A stretch of 32,000 nt of DNA from Candidatus Saccharimonadota bacterium (GTDB lineage Bacteria; Patescibacteriota; Gracilibacteria; UBA4473), in contig JAUIFI010000001.1 of the NCBI GenBank assembly GCA_030429505.1, forward strand, positions 570,001-602,000, in the 5' to 3' direction. Positions 25,873 to 32,000 of the stretch are shown piece after piece (within the stretch, counting starts at the first letter, position 1; each line of letters starts with the position of its first letter). Under the pieces are notes generated by a model. That model saw only the letters and a program-made list of their open reading frames with translations, had not been told where the DNA came from and did not search any database. Position numbers and translations under genes: made by a program.

Positions 25873-26418
25873 CTATCTGTATATATTCCAGCTCAATATC
25901 CACAAATGATCATCATTGTCGAGAGGGCTAAGGAACGACGCACCAAGTGAAGTATACCAAGATATGAGTCGAGGATCTGATACAACAGCCCACACCGAAT
26001 TATATTTAGTGAGGACAGCATCGATAGCTCGACGCACCATCTGAGTTCCAACCCCGACACCACGGCGAGGTTCACGAACTTGCAAACAACTGACATAACT
26101 TGAGCCACTCGCTGTAAGGAACTCCATGATTTCACTATTTCTTGGGTCACGCATACACTCCGGAGATTGATCAAAGTGCATAATCCCTCCCACAAAAGTA
26201 CGAGCATCATTACCATCGACAAATTGGTACGGCGTGATTCGACCATTTCTCTGACCAGAACGACGAAGCAATTCCTCGCAGAACCATTCACCGTTTGTAG
26301 CAAACCGAAGGTCATCCATACCATCAAGCCAAGGGATCACATGACCAAATTCGGACATAATCTCGTAAAATTGGATTAAGAACCTTCGTCCACGAAGACT
26401 CACAGGCTGCAACCGCAT
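25873..26418 (-). CDS. GNAT-family N-acetyltransferase of unknown substrate
   Basis: 181 aa. The acetyl-CoA motif A-like segment is [22 protein letters not shown] (R/Q-x-x-G-x-G/A). The ATG at 26418 is preceded by a perfect AGGAGG 5 nt upstream. Confidence 0.7.
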   Translation of the reverse strand: MRLQPVSLRGRRFLIQFYEIMSEFGHVIPWLDGMDDLRFATNGEWFCEELLRRSGQRNGRITPYQFVDGNDARTFVGGIMHFDQSPECMRDPRNSEIMEFLTASGSSYVSCLQVREPRRGVGVGTQMVRRAIDAVLTKYNSVWAVVSDPRLISWYTSLGASFLSPLDNDDHLWILSWNIYR

Positions 26419-26471
26419 ATAAACCTCCTAAAAAGAGCGACATCAAAAATAAAGCATTTTTAACAAAAAAA

Positions 26472-26501
26472 TTAATACACAATTACACAAGTAAATGTCA
26501 A
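26472..26501 (-). promoter_or_regulatory. Putative GNAT promoter (TTGACA-18-TATTAA)
   Basis: Minus strand: -35 at 26501-26496 and -10 at 26477-26472. It lies just downstream of the T-run of the candidate terminator at 26516-26590. Confidence 0.4.
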
Positions 26502-26515
26502 AAAAAATTATTTAT

Positions 26516-26694
26516 TGAAAAAAGAGGAGGAGACGGAAGCTTTATCCCTAGCGTTGACCTCCTCTGACGAATGATCGCCAGTCTCCTCCTAATAAATGAC
26601 AGAAGCTCAAGCACTCATGAGCCAGTACATCTTCTGTCAACAATCTATTTGTCGAGACATTCTTGTAAAAAAAAATTTTAAAGAGTACCTCCAT
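26516..26694 (-). ncRNA. Candidate small transcript of about 175 nt (an sRNA, or a leaderless 48-codon micro-ORF) ending in an intrinsic terminator
   Basis: Perfect helices: 26525-26534 with 26581-26590 (10 bp); alternative 26523-26530 with 26558-26565 (8 bp); 26597-26605 with 26631-26639 (9 bp). On the minus strand the CU-rich 3' arm is followed by T6. The ORF at 26694..26548 encodes MEVLFKIFFYKNVSTNRLLTEDVLAHECLSFCHLLGGDWRSFVRGGQR. Confidence 0.4.
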
Positions 26695-26699
26695 TCGTC

Positions 26700-26727
26700 A
26701 GACTAAACCCCCATCATCAAATGTCAA
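26700..26727 (-). promoter_or_regulatory. Orphan promoter-like element (TTGACA-16-TAGTCT) feeding the candidate small transcript
   Basis: Minus strand: a perfect -35 at 26727-26722 and -10 TAGTCT at 26705-26700. The predicted start is near the ATG at 26694. Confidence 0.35.
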
Positions 26728-26799
26728 TATATTTTTATAAAAAAATACCTCAAAAGAAGAAAGATGACAAAGCCCTAAAATCTCTTACAATCGAAACCA

Positions 26800-28023
26800 A
26801 TGAAGACTTGGTTTTGGTTTTGTCTCGCACTCCTCATCCCCGGCATGTTACTTAGAATCCCTGTCGGTGGAGCTGGTATTTTGGCAACCGATATCATACT
26901 TCCCCTCTTTGCCCTAATCTGGTTGCTAAAAAAAATCATCCTCAAAGAACCATTACCAAAAAACAACAGCATCATCTCCGGACTTGTTTTTCTCGCTATC
27001 ATGCTGATCAGTTTCATCTTTGGAGCGAGCGAATTATTTCTCAAAGAACAATTACTCTCCTTTGCTTACATCATCCGTTTTGCTTCTATCCTCATATTTG
27101 GTTGGGCGGCTACCGACCTTTTTCGAACACAAAAATTATACAAAAAATTCTTTCGATACCTTTTCTGGATCACGACCCTCGTTCTCAGCTTAGGATTTCT
27201 CCAATTCTACCTCATCCCAGACATCTCTACCTGGTCGACTGAAGGCGGCTGGGATCCACACACCGGAAGATTACTCGGTACCTGGCTTGACCCCAATTTT
27301 TTAGCCGGATTTTTAGGACTAATGATCCCCGTCATGATCGGACAATGGTATCAAGATCAAAACTTCAAAACGAGATTCCCACTTGGAATACTCATCTTCA
27401 TATCCCTCTGGGCCTTATTTCTCACATTTTCTCGAAGTGGCTACCTAGCTACTTCCATAGGAATGAGCCTCTTCTTTGTATTCCGAGATCCCAAAGTACT
27501 GATTATTGCCGTTTTTTTTGCTGGACTTGGTATAATCTCAAGTGAGCGAGCTCAAACACGGCTTGAAAACATGTCTGGCACTATTTCTGCACTCATATTC
27601 AGAAACACCGATGAAATAGATCCCACTGCCTCCCTACGCCTACAAAGCTGGCAACAAAGTCTCGCTCTCTGGAAAAAACAACCCATTATCGGCATCGGCT
27701 ACAATACCTATCGCTACCAAGCAGCAGAAGAAGGTATAGTCGATGAAAACTACTTCTCTGCAGGCGGATCTGACTCGACACACCTTACAGTCTTAGTAAC
27801 TACTGGAATCCTTGGGTTTCTTGCCTTCTTGTACTTTTTTGGCACCCTCATATGGAGTAACTTTCTACAATTCTGGCATAAAAAAAATCCTGTTTATTTA
27901 GGATTTTCCACCGGCATCCTAGCACTTTTTCTTCACGCCATCTTCGTCAATTCCCTTCTCTTTCCATTTCTTCTTATTCCCTTACTTGCCATCCACGGAG
28001 TTTTGCAGAATAAACCTCAATGA
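26800..28023 (+). CDS. O-antigen ligase / O-antigen polymerase-like (Wzy_C-type) polytopic membrane protein
   Basis: 407 aa with about 10 TM segments. It has a characteristic FSRSGYLA loop followed by a periplasmic loop with RLQSWQQSLALWKKQPIIGIGYNTYRY. Confidence 0.65.
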   Translation: MKTWFWFCLALLIPGMLLRIPVGGAGILATDIILPLFALIWLLKKIILKEPLPKNNSIISGLVFLAIMLISFIFGASELFLKEQLLSFAYIIRFASILIFGWAATDLFRTQKLYKKFFRYLFWITTLVLSLGFLQFYLIPDISTWSTEGGWDPHTGRLLGTWLDPNFLAGFLGLMIPVMIGQWYQDQNFKTRFPLGILIFISLWALFLTFSRSGYLATSIGMSLFFVFRDPKVLIIAVFFAGLGIISSERAQTRLENMSGTISALIFRNTDEIDPTASLRLQSWQQSLALWKKQPIIGIGYNTYRYQAAEEGIVDENYFSAGGSDSTHLTVLVTTGILGFLAFLYFFGTLIWSNFLQFWHKKNPVYLGFSTGILALFLHAIFVNSLLFPFLLIPLLAIHGVLQNKPQ

Positions 28024-29804
28024 AAAAAAAATTTTTTAGTATTTTCATCGGAGCATTCATCATCAGTCTCGGCTGGAGCATCCTACTTATTCAGCAAGCA
28101 GATCAGCTAAAAACAAGTCTCATCGAACTCACGCATCAAGCAAAAGCTGCCAAACTTGATCCGGAAAAATGGAATCACATCAAACAAAACGCACAAACTA
28201 TTCCCAATATCTATCCCCTCTCTTCAGTTAGAAGTATATTTCTCTCCGCCGCCAACATCACAGAAAAAATAAAAAACATCGAACAAAATCTGAAAAAAAT
28301 ACAAGGAGATTCTATTGATATCAAGACCATTAACGACAGTTTTCAAAATATAAAAAACATCCAAACCTCACTCCAAAAAATCCAAAAAAGTCTAAAACGC
28401 ATTCCAGATTTTTCACTCACCTCCGAACAAAAAAACGAAAAAGAATTCTTTCAGAAGAAAATAAGAGTCGCTCTCAGCTATCTCCAAGATATTAAAAAAT
28501 TACAGCTCATCATCAATAATATGCATGAGAAAAAAGAAAGAATATTAATTCTTCTCCAAAACCAAAACGAACCTCGCTCCACTGGAGGCTTTGTAGGCAG
28601 TCTCTTTCTCATTGATCCCGATGAATCCGGCTTCACCTGGAAATTCAATGATATCTATGCTCTTGATCGTCTTGTAAAACCTGAAGCAAAACTTCCCGCT
28701 CCCGAATTTTTTCATCCCCTATCTCAAAACATATCACTGCGAGACGCCAATCTCTTTCCCGATTTCAAAACTTCAGGAGACATGTATCGCCATTTTTTCC
28801 GAAATATAAATGAGCGTCCTCCCACCACCATCATTGGAATAAATCTTGACCTTATCAAGGAAATTCTCAAAATCACGGGTCCCGTCGACCTTCCCCAATG
28901 GGAAGTCACCGTAAACGAGTATAACGTCGACCTCGTACTCCAATTTCTCGTAGAAAGCAAAGTCGAAGGTCGATTCGGCACAAAAAAACCAGTCTTCACA
29001 CTCGCTCAAATCTTATTCAGTCCCGAAACACTGCAAAAAACAAGCCTAGAAAAAATATCTACCTTCGATATCAAGGACTTTATCTCACGCAAAAATCTAC
29101 TCGCTTATTCTCGCCACAGCGATCTGCAAAAACTTTTCCAAAAATGGAATATCACGGGAGAAATAAAACCAAATCCCGAAGCAGACAACTTCGCTTACTT
29201 TGACTTTGTTTCAGTCGGAGCCAACAAATCAGAAAAATTCATGTGGACCAAGCTCCACCACAATAGTGAAATCAACGAACATGGTATTGTCAAAAACACA
29301 CTCACTATCACGCGCACCCATGCCCTGCGCCCCGGAGAACTTTTTGAACTTCTGGGCTCAAATACCTGGTCACAAAATCTCAAAGATCTCCTAACAAATG
29401 AACTCCTCTGGAAACTCGGATCTGGACAAAATCGCACCATTATCCGTGCCTACCTCCCTAAAGACGCAACCGTTCTCCACTTCGAAAACCCATCAGGAAA
29501 AGTCACACAAAGCTGGTCACAAAACAAACAATTTAAAGTCCTCACCATCCCCGCCTTCGTCAATACCGGAGAAAGTATAGACATAAAAATACACTACCAA
29601 ATCAAAATAAACCGCGGCAGTAAAGACTGGCGCCCCTATTTTTTCCAGACTATCGGAACCCCAGGTAGGAATCAAACCACAATCTTATCGACCATATCAA
29701 CTCCTGCCAACGGGCGCTTTACTGCTGAATCTGACACGATCGGTCGCCCACTTCCTCTTATCGATCAAGAATTTCGAGCTTTGATCGAGTTTGATCGTCC
29801 TTAA
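28020..29804 (+). CDS. DUF4012-like membrane-anchored extracytoplasmic protein
   Basis: 594 aa. It has an N-terminal TM helix, a coiled-coil-like Lys/Gln/Ile repeat region, and the block ILILLQNQNEPRSTGGFVGSLFLID, which resembles the DUF4012 QN..E.R.tGGf.Gsy signature. Its start overlaps the upstream stop (ATGA at 28020-28023). Confidence 0.6.
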   Translation: MKKKFFSIFIGAFIISLGWSILLIQQADQLKTSLIELTHQAKAAKLDPEKWNHIKQNAQTIPNIYPLSSVRSIFLSAANITEKIKNIEQNLKKIQGDSIDIKTINDSFQNIKNIQTSLQKIQKSLKRIPDFSLTSEQKNEKEFFQKKIRVALSYLQDIKKLQLIINNMHEKKERILILLQNQNEPRSTGGFVGSLFLIDPDESGFTWKFNDIYALDRLVKPEAKLPAPEFFHPLSQNISLRDANLFPDFKTSGDMYRHFFRNINERPPTTIIGINLDLIKEILKITGPVDLPQWEVTVNEYNVDLVLQFLVESKVEGRFGTKKPVFTLAQILFSPETLQKTSLEKISTFDIKDFISRKNLLAYSRHSDLQKLFQKWNITGEIKPNPEADNFAYFDFVSVGANKSEKFMWTKLHHNSEINEHGIVKNTLTITRTHALRPGELFELLGSNTWSQNLKDLLTNELLWKLGSGQNRTIIRAYLPKDATVLHFENPSGKVTQSWSQNKQFKVLTIPAFVNTGESIDIKIHYQIKINRGSKDWRPYFFQTIGTPGRNQTTILSTISTPANGRFTAESDTIGRPLPLIDQEFRALIEFDRP

Positions 29805-31045
29805 ATTTTTTTCAAAACATCCCGACAAAACCCTAACATCTTCTGATCACCTACCTTTCTCGCCAAAAACTCCAATCGACGAAGTTGTGTCTTTTTTGAT
29901 TTATAATCAGTCACCGTCTTACAATACTTCAACTGATCAAGAACTCCTCGCATTTCCCCTGCATATGACGCTCGAATTCCTTTTTCATCACCAATCTGGC
30001 GAAACATTTTTTCTGCCTTGGAAAAATACTTTTTGTTGAGCCAATACGCTGCCTCATTCTGAACAACTATTTTATCCAAATTTTGGTCTTTACTTTTCAT
30101 CGCATACATTTTCGCCACACTAAATTTATTATTCTTCAGGAACCATTGCACCGCTGAAACATAAAAAGAAGGTAGCAAGGCTTTATCACCCGCAAGCCGA
30201 AAAAAAGACTCTGCCTTCGCAAAATTATGCTCCCGCATGTATCGATTTGCCAACCGATGATAGGCACTACGCAAGTTCTTTTCCACCAACTCTCGATAAC
30301 TCGAAAGTACAAAACAAATTTCCGCCGCATCCAACATAGACTGAGGGCTTACCTGAAATCGATCCTCCTCCCGATCAGAAATATCCAAGAGATTCACCGA
30401 AATAATCTCATACACCGGCAATATTTTTTCATACTTCTCATACTGCTGAAAACTTGCATTCGTTGCCTCAATATCAATTTCGCAATAACTCAAACATACA
30501 TGTTCCGGTAAAATCTTAAGTTTGAGATCATTGATATCGTATTTTAAACTGTACAGAAAAATGTACAAAGCAACGATTTGATTACAATCCCCCTTCAAAA
30601 CCTCTTTGGTCGGATCACGTAGCAATTTTTCAAAAGCACTTGATTCCAGATATTCAAACCGATTCCCCGGCAACAAATACTGCATAATGCCCCATAAAAA
30701 CACGAATTTCTCATCACCTTGAAGTGATTGAGATAAAGGCTGATTTTGAATAGATTTCTCAAGATTCAACTTCTGCTGTTCCCAGAAAGACAAAAAATTT
30801 CGACCAATCTTCTCGGCATTCACATACAACTCTCTCCTATAAGACTTTTTCAAAGTCTTGTACTGCTTAAAACTATATTCTAACCATACCAAAACTCGCA
30901 CCACATCCTGCTGTAAAAAAATCTGTGCTTGCCTCTGAGATCCTACCTTGTCCGACTTCGCCGACAGTCGAGCAAAAAAACGACCAATCTCCTTTTCTTG
31001 GCTATCGGTAAAACGAGAAAAAAAACGCAACAAGCGAGAAAACAT
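29801..31045 (-). CDS. Hypothetical protein with a transglutaminase-like Cys-His-Asp core pattern and C-terminal TPR-like repeats (SirB1/YchA-like architecture)
   Basis: 414 aa. GDCNQIVALYIFLYSLKYDINDLKLKILPEHVCLSYCEIDIEATN (aa 152-196) fits G.C..fa.l...l.r..gi......lP.H......iD. Three downstream helical repeats of about 34 aa are present (AYHRLANRYMREHNFAKAESFFRLAGD and others). Confidence 0.45.
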   Translation of the reverse strand: MFSRLLRFFSRFTDSQEKEIGRFFARLSAKSDKVGSQRQAQIFLQQDVVRVLVWLEYSFKQYKTLKKSYRRELYVNAEKIGRNFLSFWEQQKLNLEKSIQNQPLSQSLQGDEKFVFLWGIMQYLLPGNRFEYLESSAFEKLLRDPTKEVLKGDCNQIVALYIFLYSLKYDINDLKLKILPEHVCLSYCEIDIEATNASFQQYEKYEKILPVYEIISVNLLDISDREEDRFQVSPQSMLDAAEICFVLSSYRELVEKNLRSAYHRLANRYMREHNFAKAESFFRLAGDKALLPSFYVSAVQWFLKNNKFSVAKMYAMKSKDQNLDKIVVQNEAAYWLNKKYFSKAEKMFRQIGDEKGIRASYAGEMRGVLDQLKYCKTVTDYKSKKTQLRRLEFLARKVGDQKMLGFCRDVLKKI

Positions 31046-31115
31046 AATGTCTATATTTTACTGAACAAGAGATAAGAAAGAAAGTTCAAACAAATAATCA
31101 ATTCAATAAAAATCT

Positions 31116-32000
31116 CTACTTAATCGTCAATACCTTAAGCTTATTACTTAATGATGTGTGTGCTCTTTGAATTCCCTCTGACTCCGGCAAATCCCCCGAC
31201 AGCACATACCCCTTTCGTTCTGAAATCCCCACCATCACCTCACGCCCCCTCAATGGACGTCCTGACTTCACAAACACTTCAAAAAACTCCCGACTTCGAC
31301 CAGAGTTCACATACATCCCATCAGATTGTTTTTCCGATTTTTCAAATAATACTTCCAATGTAGTTCCTACAGCACTTTCACGATTCTCCCACGAAGTCTC
31401 CTTGATGATATTATCAAAGACATGAAAACGTCGCTTTTTTTCGTCCTGATCAATAAAATCCTTTTCCATGCGAGCAGCTGGAGTATGTTTTCGAGGAGAA
31501 AAAATCGCCGTATACGAAAAATCAAACTTCATCCGCCGAGCAAAAGCACACAACTCCTGAAAATCTTCCTCCGTCTCTCCCGGAAACCCGACAATGATAT
31601 CCGTCGCAATCGTAACATTTGGAATCGCCTCTCTGATTTTACGAATAATATCCTCATATTTTTCTACTTTATAATTTCGATTCATGGCTCGAAGTACACG
31701 ATCTGACCCATGCTGCACCGGTAAATGCACATACGGACAAGACGTCTGCATCGTTCGCAAAGCTTCAATCACATCATCTGTAAAATCTTGTGGATGTGCA
31801 GATGTAAAACGCAAACGAGACAATCCTTGCTTATGCAACACATCAATCTTCAAAAGAAGTTCTGCAAAACACTTTTTGCCCTGATCAACATACGAATTCA
31901 CATTTTGACCAAGCAAAGTGATCTCCACAGCACCATTGCACACATGTTGCTCACATTCAGAGACAATATCTTCCATCGGACGAGAGAGTTCCCGACCTCT
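31116..32000 (-). CDS. miaB: MiaB-family radical-SAM methylthiotransferase, C-terminal ~294 codons; the gene continues past the right edge
   Basis: The frame is open to nt 32000 (RGRELSRPMEDIV...EITLLGQNVNSY). The rest of the radical-SAM barrel (HLPVQHGSDRVLRAMNRNY; TDIIVGFPGETEEDF) and a C-terminal TRAM domain (VGTTLEVLFEK...GRSREFFEVFV...VMVGISE) are present. Confidence 0.8.
   Translation of the reverse strand, partial: RGRELSRPMEDIVSECEQHVCNGAVEITLLGQNVNSYVDQGKKCFAELLLKIDVLHKQGLSRLRFTSAHPQDFTDDVIEALRTMQTSCPYVHLPVQHGSDRVLRAMNRNYKVEKYEDIIRKIREAIPNVTIATDIIVGFPGETEEDFQELCAFARRMKFDFSYTAIFSPRKHTPAARMEKDFIDQDEKKRRFHVFDNIIKETSWENRESAVGTTLEVLFEKSEKQSDGMYVNSGRSREFFEVFVKSGRPLRGREVMVGISERKGYVLSGDLPESEGIQRAHTSLSNKLKVLTIK

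Noticed and set aside
25460-25903. 147-aa minus-strand ORF from the ORF track
   Set aside because: It runs antisense straight through tRNA-Ser(GGA) and the AT-rich spacer. It has no RBS and a low-complexity sequence, so I treat it as spurious.
25896-25904. Near-consensus DnaA box ATATCCACA
   Set aside because: It is a single isolated copy inside the GNAT coding sequence, with no cluster or AT-rich unwinding element nearby.
26596-26709. 37-codon plus-strand ORF (MTEAQALMSQYIFCQQSICRDILVKKNFKEYLHSSD) in the GNAT/Wzy spacer
   Set aside because: It has no promoter or SD on the plus strand. It is preceded by CCTCCT rather than GGAGG. It is the antisense of the better-supported minus-strand unit, which has a promoter and terminator. 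I cannot exclude it completely.
1-32000. Alternative genetic code (UGA read as Gly or Trp, as in some candidate phyla and mollicutes)
   Set aside because: Very long ORFs (rpoB 1190 aa, mfd, pnp, dnaA) are intact under the standard code. TGA demonstrably terminates conserved genes at sensible positions, for example the exonuclease stop at 767-769 and the Wzy-like stop at 28021-28023. No gene appears split at an in-frame TGA.
1-32000. CRISPR arrays, IS elements, integrases and prophage genes
   Set aside because: I saw no regularly spaced direct repeats. No ORF has a transposase, integrase or recombinase-like sequence. The only inverted repeats are the short ones reported at 26.5-26.7 kb.

Overview
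This is a gene-dense window dominated by housekeeping genes from a low-GC bacterium with standard stop-codon usage. I could support 26 protein-coding genes (two truncated by the window edges), one decayed gene and 4 tRNAs. I found no rRNA, CRISPR array, transposase, integrase or phage genes. Recognisable genes are ftsA (partial), a stand-alone 5'-3' exonuclease, gpsA, pnp, rpsO, rpsT, lspA, rnc, nusB, rpmF, rpmE, dnaA, mfd, dnaN, rpmA, rpoB and a MiaB-family gene (partial). The tRNAs are Leu(TAG), Val(GAC), Gly(GCC) and Ser(GGA), all with encoded CCA. Several traits suggest a reduced Patescibacteria/CPR-like genome, but this is inference only: a split Pol I exonuclease, a DUF4012 plus O-antigen-ligase-like pair, an LPXTG surface protein, tails on ribosomal proteins and RpoB, cysteine-less L31/L32, and almost no Shine-Dalgarno (SD) motifs. 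Gene order is unusual. rpoB stands alone between its own promoter and a strong terminator, with no rpoC or rplJL nearby. dnaA and dnaN are unlinked and convergent, with mfd between them. The most interesting locus is 25.5-26.8 kb. It holds tRNA-Ser, a GNAT acetyltransferase with the only perfect AGGAGG ribosome-binding site seen in the window, and a 380-bp intergenic region. That region has an orphan promoter-to-terminator unit on the minus strand, with several perfect long-range helices and three GGAGG boxes; it could be a candidate sRNA, a leaderless micro-ORF or a regulatory RNA. A second unexplained element is a GC-rich, purine-skewed, ORF-free block of about 225 bp next to tRNA-Gly. I cannot show that a complete novel multi-gene system is present. 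All functional calls come from reading translated motifs by eye, with no database searches.
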